64,000 nucleotides of DNA from Kudoa neothunni (lineage: Eukaryota > Animalia > Cnidaria). The stretch lies in assembly GCA_964304625.1 (NCBI GenBank), contig OZ199840.1, positions 2,272,532-2,336,531 on the forward strand, written 5' to 3'. Shown one piece after another: positions 12,079 to 23,843 of this stretch. Each line of letters begins with the position of its first letter. Position 1 is the first letter of the stretch. The notes under the pieces are model-generated. The model did not search any database. It was not told where the DNA came from and saw nothing but the letters and a program-made list of their open reading frames with translations. The position numbers were made by a program, and so were the translations under genes.

Positions 12079-14338
12079 ATGTTGATCATTACATTGTTGA
12101 TTTTCTCTTTCAGCTATAATAGTATAATTTGAGGGTTATCGAGTTTTTGCTATTAGATTTTTTTAGTCCAGTCACATAAATACTACGTTGAACGAGATCA
12201 AGCCACGTTAGAAGATAAAATCCATTTACAACTTGAAGGAGTATCTGGAATTAAATGTGACATTAAATTGCTGGAAAAAAATGAACTTTTCTATCACTAT
12301 ATTAACGGTGAATCTGAAAGCGAAACACTTTCAAGACGTCTCTTGTGCGGGAAAATACACCATTTCTACTGGAGCTGCTTTTCCTTCCTATTATATACAG
12401 ATAAAATCAAAATATGCAACCGAAACTCTTAAAATAGTTCATAGTATTAGAGTTATTAGAGATTATGAATAATTTTTTCAATAGTTACTGATCAAACTCC
12501 TGAAACTCATTTTACAATTAATGCAACCGCCATCAAATTTACAACTAAAAATGTCTGCAGTCATCCTCAAACTTGCAGACTAACCAGCGGAGATAAAGTT
12601 CTCGATCAGTTTACGCCAACTCCCAACACCGAATGCAATGAGGAAAGTCACCTTACTGGTTTCTTCGACTCAGCCGGCGACTCAATCGAACTCTCCTGTG
12701 GAGTCAACCAACCGAAAATACACATGAATAGAAAAAACAACAAGTTGATGGAATTAAGTCCATTGGACCGACTTCCTTATCACATTTCTAAAAACGGTAA
12801 CGATAAAATAAATATTATTTTCGACGAAGATATGAGAGATGAAATATGCAAATTTGAAATTAAAAAGAAATCGGAACAAAATTATCAATCAAAATGTTCT
12901 GTTAATCAAAATGAGAATAATTGTTATCAACTCTGTACTGACGCTGTAATGAACTTTGATTCGCTTCAAAACTCAGACAAAGATTTTAAAGTTAGAGTAT
13001 CCACTAGAAATCATGTAGGAACAGAAAAAACTTTAAGAAGTAATTAATTTTATGCAATAATTGTAATTTAAATATTAAATAGTTGGAAAGGGTGACCTAC
13101 GAGTAGCACCAAAAGAAACTAATGCGACTCTTTCTATTGCAAATCTTAAAGGTGATGACTTGACTGACCCAAAATGTGCAATTGAGTTGAGAAAGCAGGT
13201 ATTCCCTAAGGTCCCCGTTGATGTCAAATGCAGTGCTAATCTGGAAACAGCATGCCCTACTGATTGTACTGATGCCACTATTCATGGCCTCGAACCAAAC
13301 ACAAAATACATTGTTAAGGTAACTTATACTCAAACCAGTAGCGGTGCCACATCATATACCGCGGAAAAGCTTTTTAAAACAGGTAAAAAATAAAAAATTA
13401 TTTATATAAAATTATTTTAAGCTGACTACAATATTACACAAAAGCCTGAGATTAAAACATACTATGAGCACGTAATGATGACTGTAGCACCAAACGAAGC
13501 TCTTTTTGATGGAGTATACTGCAAAATTCAACAAAAAATGGAGGGTGCGATTGCTTTTAGTCCTTCGGAATGTGAAGAATCAGTTGATTGTTCGGGTTTA
13601 TGTGGACAACCACTTACCATTAAAAATCTTTTGCCCGATACCAAATACGAGTTCAAATATTTATTTGGCAAATACGTTAGTGACCTTGAAACAAACATTG
13701 TGGCAGTATCAACAAGTAATGTGAAGTAGGATTCCTCAATAACATTTATTAAGCTGACACGCTTCAAAATATTAATGTTACCCATACATGGAATAATACC
13801 GATTTGATTGTGACAACTACCGTGGCCGAAATGGATCCAGACCAAATATGTGATTTTACCTTTGCTGAAATAGTAAATGGGGCGATCAAATACACCTATG
13901 GATTATTTGATAAAACAACTGGATGGGAGGGAAAATGCAACCAAGAAATAACTTTTTACAATGCAGCTTCCTACAAACAAGGCTCAATGAGGGTACAGGC
14001 AAGGTACAATAGTGAGCCGATCGTAGTGAGTCTTTGGAGTGGAACGAATATGGAGAATGATGACCCCACATCACAAGAAACTGCTAAACAAGGTAAATTA
14101 TATTAACAAATTATGTATTATAATTCTTTTTAGGAACTTCAAATAGGTAATATGGTTATCTCTTTAATTATTTAATCTATTTTTAATTTTGATCTAGCGC
14201 TAATGTCGGCGGATCGAAGATTATGTAATATTTTCTGGTGTCATTCGGTTCTAATGATAATTTAGGTTGATTGTTGGTGGAGTTTTAATAGCATTATTGG
14301 TATGTGCTATCGGTTTCTTGGTCTTAACAAAGAAATAA
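12079..14338 (+). CDS. Single-cassette Cys-FN3-like type I membrane protein (about 630 aa) with one apparent frameshift near 12270-12340
   Basis: Signal MLIITLLIFSFSYNIQS, then five module exons joined by phase-1 introns (CAIEL..C..CPTDC..IHGLEPNTKYIVKV; CKIQQ..CEESVDCSGLC..IKNLLPDTKYEF). A 13-nt micro-exon lies at 14134-14146, followed by TM LIVGGVLIALLVCAIGFLVL-TKK*. Confidence 0.8.
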
Positions 14339-17300
14339 ATGAGTCCCTAATTTTCGATTTTACAAAAACATGAATCCAATTTTTAATAAAAATCGTTTAT
14401 TATAAGATCTACTTTTATATGAGCATTTGATAAATCTGATTTTTTACAGAAAAATTTTTAAACGCTAATAATTAACTTTAGAATGTTCTTTTATTATACC
14501 TTTTCCACATGAATACATTAAACAAGATAAATGACAACATAATCCTTAATAAATAATTTAACTCTTTTAAAAGAATTAGCGTATTTAAATGGATAACTAC
14601 GTTTAGAATTATTAAATTAAGAATAAATTAATTTTTTCCATGAAATCTTTAAAACCAAAAATTCTAAAAAAGTAATAAAAATACCTCAATAAATACACGT
14701 GAACCAATCTTTTAGTAGTTTATAATATTAAATAAAGAGCTACTATTAAATATTAAGTATATATAACCACAAATTTATGGTAAATGTCCCTTTTTATCGT
14801 ATTAATAGGAAAAAATATAAACAACAATAATTGAAGTTTGGTGCGTATGCGCCTAATATAATGAGGTGATAATACATTTCGTATTTTGTTTTGGTAAATA
14901 TTTGTGTTTACTCAACATTGATATTATTTTTATATTATAATTTATGGCGGGAATGGATACGTTTGAATTAAAATTAACAATGCTTTTATAGTAATTTTGT
15001 AAATTTCTAGTCTCTTAAATATATTAATAATTCTCTTATGGTTATTTCAAATTAGTCTAAATCTTCTTGGATGTTTTGTGTGGTTAGTTTATATTTTTAT
15101 CCTATATCATATATTTATTTGTGTGTTTCATTTAAATAGTGACTGTAATTTATTCATATTGAAATATAATATGTATAAAATAGTACTTAAAATTCAACTT
15201 GTTAATTTTTAATAATTTTCCAGTAATTAATTGATATAATTTCCATTATCCTACTTTTTATTCTACTAAATATTTCCCTTAAAAATAAATAGATATTATT
15301 CTCCTCATTCGTCATCTTATGAACTTATTATTATTTTTAATTTATAACAGCGCATTGATAATATGCTCACCTTAAAAATAATATTACAAGGAAATTGATT
15401 CAGAATTGATAAATTAAAGGATTTGTCTTCTAGAGCTTCCATATAAAATTAAAGATTGTATCTCTCTATAATCAAATTCATATTGAGAAAAAATAAAGAT
15501 AAATTATATTCTCATGAGATTTAAAACTTTAAGCACAATATTTGATTATGATTTTTACTGTAAAAATACTCTATATTTTTTATGAACAAATTGAATCCCT
15601 ATTCAGTATAAATTCTTTATCTAAATATTCTAAAAATTTTCATAACAATTTCAATGGAAGAGGATAAGAATCAAAATTATGTTTGATACGCACATGCGTG
15701 TATGTGCATAATTATATGATAATGTTTTATATATCAATTTTTGATGTACTCTTTTAAAAATCGATTCTATAGTAATTGATTAATTACTGAGGTCAAAATT
15801 AGTTCCGATTACCCTCTGAACACATTATTCTAGAACTCCATCAAAATTAGTCTCAAATGATAAAAATTAATGTAAAATTTTTTAATATAATATATAAAAA
15901 TATAATCCATATTCAATCGAGATAATTAAAATAATTAAATACTTTTATTTTCAATCTCCAAACATGAATTGGAATGTATGATTATGCAACCAATGTCTGT
16001 GAATAATCCCTAGAAATATTTTATTTCTCTGAGATTATAAACTAAAATAATGAAATATGACTTTTTATTGTATATATTGAAGTTTTTATACAATATATTT
16101 TGAAATAATAGCTAATTACTACGAAAGAATATAGTACTTTAAAGACTGATTGATTTAAACATATTTAAAATCTCTAAGTTTTCAATAACAGAAAATTTTA
16201 CATTTTTATTTTACGTTAGAATTTAATAAAAAAACTTAGATTAAGGGTTTGAACTTAATAATCCTTAAAAAATAGGGAATGATACGATTTTAATACTCTT
16301 ATTGTGAAAACGTTTACGATAATTTTAAGTAGAAACTTCGAGATTATAATTTATTATAATATTAAGGTTAGCGGAGTTTAAATATTGCGAACAAATTTTT
16401 CACTTAATTCGGAGGATGCATTAATCTATTTTACGATTATTTAATTCAAATTTATATTTTATAATTTTTACCTTTTTATATAAAATAAAGAATCTCATAT
16501 TGTTGATTAATCCAAATGTAATTTTTTAATAAGCATGAAATTAATGGAAAATCAAAAATATTTTTTTTCATTTTTGGACTCCAACGGCCCTTTCAGAACA
16601 AATTGTTCAACATATAGATGACGAAATATTTTATAACAATACAATATTAATATTAGGCGTATAAAAATATTAAACGATGTTAACTGGTCAAAAACGGACC
16701 CAAATTTACTATTTTGTTTCTACATTTATGTATTTTTAGTTATTTACTTTGAAAATTATCAAGTTCCTGTATTAGGTGCGTTTCTATGTGTGAATATAGT
16801 TTATAATTTATCGGCTAAGGATTTATGCATAGAATAAGACACAGTTTTCAAATTTCATTTCATATTTGTTGTACTATTTTCTAAACCTCATATATTTATT
16901 ACAATTATGATTTTCTCTCATCAAAATCAAAATTTTTGATCCAAACAACACCGCGAACCGTGAAAAACAATTTTTTTAATATAATCCACAATAGATTAAC
17001 GATAATTAATCCGATTAATTATTCCGTTTGTTTTCGCTTTCGCCTGGGGGGATAACAATATTACTTATAAATTTTTTGCATTTCCTGGATTTTAATATGA
17101 TTCCTAACAACAATTTAATTATTGGTATAAGAGTTGTAACCAATGTCAACTAATGCACGATCAACAACACAGCGGTATGGCGCCACCGCTTTTTAAACTA
17201 TGGCCCACAGGGTTTAACCCCGTCCGCAACCACTCATTGCATCTGTCTTAAGATAAATTTCATAATGAAATATTATATGCCATTTAGTATCATAGAATAT

Positions 17301-17509
17301 TGATTCACTTGATAGTAACACTAATCCTAAATTTTATTACATTACCGAGAAAATGTCTACACGCTAACGAATGTATCTGGAGTTTGCTGCTTAAATATAA
17401 ATTCATACTAATTTTTCATTCCATTTGATGATGAAAATCAACATTATTGATTTTTTAAGGAGTGTAAAATTTACCTATGTTGTTTTAGTTTAACATTATA
17501 CCAATAATG

Positions 17510-19682
17510 GGTAATGAGGGAGTATCCAGCTCCAAAAATTCGACATCTTCCCGTTCACGCGCATTCCCAATTGTTTTATAATTTAATTTAACACATTTTT
17601 AAAATATTGATTGATCACAAATCAGACCAAAATTTTTATTTTTAATTTTTATAATATTATCAAATATTTTACCGCGATTAAAGAATCACACAGGATAGGA
17701 GATATTTTATTTAGTGGTGTTTTAAATTTTCGATAATTATAGATGTAATAGTAACTGTTATATTTATACCTCACGTTAAATTTTAAAATTTATGTTTTAA
17801 TAATTTAATCCGATTAACAATAGTTTTTACTTCAGCGTCAATTTTATAAACTTTTGTTTAATGTGAGTGCTCTATTTACTTACCTAGCGAATAAGGGTCT
17901 ATTACAAAAAATGCCTGATCGGTGCAAGAATTGCCATAGGTATAACACTCTACGCCTCCAAGTTACAACGAGAAAAAGAAACAATACTTCAATCGATCTT
18001 TGTGACGATGATATTGAGAAATACTCGTATACGTGTTCAAAGTACTTTTATTTTATGTATAGTTTTAAAATATTAATTTTAGGAGTGATTGTAGAAGGCA
18101 TTTTCACCCAGGACCTCTACCTTATTTGGCGTCAATAACGCGATGGGGACGAATGTATCCAAATTAGCAGTGTCTCAGCTATTTGAGTTAATATACCTTT
18201 GGTGTATTGAAGAGCAAAGATGCATGGTGGTGGCATTAACTCAAATAACCGAGAAAATCGAATCGTCAAAATTGACAAATGCTTATTAAGAGGTCGCCGT
18301 AAAAAAACCGGGGAAGATTTTTAAGCATAGACAGATGGTTGGCCACCCCTAACTATTTCTTAAGGAGTAGGTTATTCCGTGGAGCGACTCCTTTGAGACG
18401 TCAGCGGAGAAATGAAAGGTATGGTTACAGAATAAACGGCCCTTGGGTTGCTGGCATTTGCGAATGCTCTGTCGATGAAGATGGCAAACGCAAATTGTTA
18501 GAATCAAGATTTTTTATTGTCCAAAAAAGGGATAAACGAACGTTGACCCAACTCGTCTTACAGGAAGTTGAAAACGGGACTACAATCTATACGGACGAGT
18601 GGTTGGGGTACACCTCTCTCCGAATTTACGGCTATAACCGTTAATCACTCTAAAGAGTATGTCACTCCAGAGGGTTACCATACTAATACGGTCGAGGTTG
18701 TGTGCCACGAAATCAGCTGGATTTCTACCTACATGAATCATGGTCGCGTTCCATTCATAAAGAATATTGGAATTTCTTCGAATATATTTTAACAGCGATC
18801 GCTACTATTTAGCAATTAAATAATAGCTAGTGAAACAAAATATTTGTGTTTTGATTCCTTTCATCTTTTATATATTGCTATTTGTCAAAAAAACTTAAGA
18901 AAACTTTAGATTTTACTATATTAGTATTAACTATAAAATTATTATTATATTCGCAGTAAATATATTTGAGATTTCTCGCGCATGTTCGTTTAATGATAAT
19001 AAATTAAAATATATGTTTATGATTTACCGCTAAGGCTTTATTAATGAAAAAATAATTTTCGCTTATAAATGAAATTAGATTATGAATTTTTGTTAAAAAA
19101 AACAAATTTTTAATTTTTGACTCACAATTGTTTCTCAGTCTTGGTAATCAACATGATTATATAATACATTCACTATGAATTATAGTTGTCACGGATCGTT
19201 CCTCAAAGAAGTCAATATATTTGTATAAATCAACATTAAATATTTTATTTTTGACTTATTTATAATCCAATTATAAATAGTTAACGAATTATTCATTATA
19301 CTTTTTGTAATATCATAAGGTTTTCAATTTCTTCAATATGGTTTGTTCGGTATACCGTTATATATTTAATATTAGTACATCAAAAAAATATATGAACTAA
19401 AAAATAAATTTTTAAGTAACAATTAAGAGTCGTTAACGTAAAAAATGAAAAATTTAGGTTTATAAACACAATAAATAACTGACATATATCCTTTCGGTTC
19501 AATTTCATTAATAATTCACAGAACATATTTGATAATATTATAAAAATTAAAAATAAAAATTTTGGTCTGATTTGTGATCAATCAATATTTTAAAAATGTG
19601 TTAAATTAAATTATAAAACAATCGGGAATGCGCGTGAACGGGAAGATGTCGAATTTTTGGAGCTGAATACTCCCTCATTACC
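17510..19682 (+). mobile_element. Merlin (IS1016/ISXO2-like) DNA transposon, complete ends, decayed transposase
   Basis: TIRs of about 160 bp (GGTAATGAGGGAGTATCCAGC.. / ..GCTGAATACTCCCTCATTACC) and a perfect 8-bp TSD CAATAATG (17502-17509, 19683-19690). Transposase motifs IVKID, GPWVAG, IYTDEWLGY and VNHSKEYVTPEGYHTNTVE lie in broken frames. Confidence 0.92.
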
Positions 19683-20027
19683 CAATAATGTTGCTGACAA
19701 AGAAATTCATGTAAATAACTCCAGAAACAGAAATCTGCAGTATATTTGCTACGGAATTGTTAAACTAGGTGTATTGTTTACAATAAATGATACTGAGACA
19801 AATTCAATAAGCTTAAAACATATTTCATCTGAAGTCAAGAATTATCCCAGTAAGGCACACGCGTTTTGTTCCGGAAGTTGGCACAGGGGAAGTTAAATTC
19901 TCAACAACATCCACTAATAAATTTAAGGTTATGAAGAATAAATCATTAAAATTATTCGTCCAACATAATAAAAATTAATCAATTCGTTAGCACAATAAAA
20001 ATTTCTCCTCTGTATTTATATGGTTTG

Positions 20028-20185
20028 TGTTGCTTTCGTCCATCAAACGCAAATAACAAACCATGATGAGGTAACTAACTAACAGTAGATCACTAATCTA
20101 ATCTAATAGGTCGGCTCCTCCCCAAGTGATGCCGCTATCTTAATCGCATATAACAGGGTTAACAACACCACTGATAATTATCACA
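20028..20185 (-). mobile_element. Putative short solo LTR
   Basis: TG..CA termini and flanks GTTTG/ATTTG (5-bp TSD, 1 mismatch). It shares the TGTGATAATTA start and GCAACA end with 34289-34462. Confidence 0.55.
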
Positions 20186-21296
20186 ATTTGAAGAATAATT
20201 TGAGGTAATACTTTACTCACAATAGTTTAGCATCTAATAATCTATGCTAATTTTAAGTTAAACACAACATGTGTTTAACTTCGTATAAATAGGTAAAATC
20301 AAGAGCTGTTTATTTATTAACCCTCGAAGGAGCGTGCTTAAAACACTTCTGCGTGTAACCAGGAGGGTATCCCAGGTACCTCAGATGTTTTCTATGATAG
20401 CGATTGTATTTTCTCTTAATTTTTTACATTTACAAAGGGTGGTATATTTATGACTAATATAAAAAATAATTAACTAATAAGTGAATCAATATAAAATTTC
20501 GAGGGTAATAAGGTAGGATGTGGCACCTAAAAAACACCCTTTTGCGCATCGTTTTTTTGCCGATTCTTCTGCGATTTTTTATATTAAAATAGAAGAATAC
20601 CGAGAGGAAATTTACAGCTAATTATGATGGCATCTAATTTTGGCACAAAATCCCGAATACTACATTGTCGGCACATGTGGAATCATCGTTAAATTTCCAA
20701 TAACCATTAAAAACCCATTTTATTGTTTTAACATTAACTTCTAGGTTTATTAATGTCTTAATAACATTTTTTGGGAATTGATCGTCTCAAAATTATACGC
20801 CTCAGCCGTTTAATTAAGCCTTACGCATCTTATTTTAAATTATTTTCTCTATTTTTTGATGTATGTCGACTATGAATCTATTAAGATAACAATACAATTA
20901 ATCATCACTTATTTTAGTTTATAAATTTTTTTGGCTAATTTATTTGAATTATAAAAAAAGTTATAATCATTTTATCATAAAACTTTTATCATGAAATTTT
21001 TATAGCGGCAATACAATAAATCTTTAATCTTCATTCCATTCGATATCTTTCAAAAAAAATCTGTTAACAATTCATTTTTAAAGAAACACTCTTAACGAAA
21101 GTTATTATACAAAATAAAAGAAGCAACGTAAATAGGAATTTAGCATTATAGTATTAATTATACATTATACTCTGCACTTTATTTTTTAGATACAAATGAT
21201 CTTTTTATTTGATGTTCAATTTTTTGTCATTTTTATAAATATAACGATTGTATCTTAAGCCTTATATGTTACAATGTACCAAATTTTTGAAGACAA

Positions 21297-21490
21297 TCTA
21301 CTATATAAATAAAGCAAACCGGAAATCCGTGTGTACGCATTTTTCATTCTTTATAGAAGGACATATCCCTCCATTTGAGCTCACATATGGAAAGATAAAA
21401 TTTTCTTTTAACACAGAAAATACGTAAAAAATTATAAAAGGTTTTCACCCCGCAAAATGACTAAAAACTTTTTCACGTGATATGATTGGT
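21297..21490 (+). mobile_element. 5' fragment of a family-1 Helitron
   Basis: Matches 37398-37555 (GTACGCATTTTTCATT..CATATGGAAAGATAAAATTTT). Confidence 0.7.
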
Positions 21491-23843
21491 TTGATTTGAG
21501 AATTTATGCAAACATATAGATCATTTCGTTAAAATTATTAAAAAGTAATTTAATAATTAAAATAGTTAAAATAAGGAAGGTAATATTACCTTATGTAGCC
21601 AATAACTAATATGAAATTCATTTGTTGATGTTTAACAAGATTAGTCCTATTCATATGGTATGATTTAGAGATTACTGCAAACAACAAGGAGAAAATCGAT
21701 TATTGAGAGCTCGAACTTATCTATTCCGCTATAACTCAGTATATCGAATAAATGAACAGTATTTTGAAGGTTTAAACGTTTTTTATGGAAAATTGATGAG
21801 AATCCCACTACTGTTTGTTTCAGATGTATGAAACTGTTGCCACATTCATTCTGAATGTTCACGGATCTTATTCCCATCAAATGTCCTATTTTATTGCGCA
21901 AATGATAGTTAAAATATTTATTACATGATATAAATGTGAAATCTACTCAAACGTTAAACTTTAATCGAAAATTGTCATTGCAGATTTTAAGAATACAGTT
22001 TTCGTAGGATTATTAGGTTTACTACACGGATATTAGTTGTTTTACAGCTGAATCTAACTATGAGATTACACCTATTTTTATTTTATTAAATTAAATATTT
22101 TTTATGGTTAGAATGGAGTATTAAGAATTTTTAGTACATTAGAGGTTTAAGGGTTAATATTAAAATTATTTAAATTCGTAATCAGTTTTATTCTATTTTA
22201 AAAGGATAATGAAACAACTTTTTAATATCATTCTCGGAATAATTCCTGTATATTAGCAGGAGTTTTCCATAAAGTAATGAAACGTATAATCATTAATTTA
22301 TTTAAAAATTTACATTAACATTTTGTCACGGATTTTATATTGTTGTCATGGCTTTTATTCCTATATCGTGATCATACGTGATAATTATTTACGGAAAAAT
22401 AAAATCGACGTACACACCTTAATTTTTACAATAACTTCCTGTAATCTTCTTACGTGGGACATCTAGAATATATTTAACAAAAAATAAGGAAATATGACGT
22501 TTTTTCTTATTGTATAATAAATAATGATTTCTTATTGCTCACGCTACTTTTATTTCAAGTCTAAAATTGAGTCAAAAAAGGTTAAGAACTATTAATATGA
22601 AACAGATGGACAAAAGTTTAATTATATTTGTTCACTCTAAAGCAAATATGATTTTTTTAATAGAGAATGAGAATTTGAATACACCCAATTGAAGTAACTA
22701 TAATGATAAAGGTAAAGTTGTATACTAAATAAGTAAAAAAATAATAATTTCAGATATCATTCAATTAAATGAAAAAACATCTTAATAACTAGCTATTTTA
22801 AAAATATGTCAATATGTTTTGTTTTGTACAAGTGCACATGAAGCGTATATTTATTTTACATCATTTTTCTAATCCTCCAAAAAGTGCGTAATAACCAGTT
22901 GTGACTTCACAATGTGTTCGAAGATAATATATCGAAATAATTTATTTAACATTGATTTTTTCATCCTGTAATATCGTAAATAAATGATTTTGAAATCCAT
23001 AATAGAAAGCATTGTAACACTTAAATTAAGGCGAAGAAGAATTAATTATGTTATAAGACAAAAATAATCGTGTAGATTTTTATCATGCCGAGTCTTCCAA
23101 AATGAATTTAAGTACTTTAACGATAGTTTACAGTATTTATAATAAAGAACGCACTTTTTTATTGCTTGTAATATTAGTAAAAAAAATTTTTATTGAATTT
23201 AGTAAATACCTAAGTTTATATATTATAAATATTTTCTAAATATATATCGATCGAATAGTAAAAAAATATAGCTAAAAGTTGTACATAAAAAATTAAACAT
23301 CAACTGACTCGATCAATAAATACACGTTGTAACGATGAATAGGGTTAAATAATAATTTTATATATGCGCCGTAAAGAGAGCTGCTACAGTCTACAAATTA
23401 TCAATGGTTTATTTAAGATGCATAACTAAGGTAATATATTGTTATAATTAACCTCAAAAATGATGTTGAATAAATCATAAAATATATATTGATAATATAA
23501 ATAAAGTTAATTTAAATTTTTGATTCCATCCATATTGAAAATTCTGAAAATGTAAATTTTTAAAACAACATAATATGAAACAAATGTTGCTTTAAAGAGT
23601 CGTCCGTTAGTTAAACGATAAATTTATAATTTATATCCAAATCGAACTGTATTTGGATTCCACTATAAAAATTTTACATATAATGATTTAATTTTATAAT
23701 GCAATTAAGATTTCTTGTTTATAAATAACCATAAATAATAAAATCTAATTTATAAAACGAATGTATCGGTTTATCTAAATTTCACTAAGGCCAAAATCAC
23801 TCTAAAAATTTATTGTAAATATGTCCGGTTTAATGTAAAAATA

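Noticed and set aside
17170-17195. Hairpin AGCGGT..ACCGCT followed by a T-run
   Set aside because: A 6-bp stem with no recognisable ncRNA or Pol III boxes; probably chance or TE debris.
14400-17450. Possible genes in long AT-rich stretches (also 22200-23800 and 28700-33600)
   Set aside because: I found no consistent exon-intron chain or protein motif by eye. Small genes cannot be excluded.
17510-19682. Bacterial IS1595 or contamination
   Set aside because: The element sits in intron-rich eukaryotic DNA and fits the eukaryotic Merlin superfamily.
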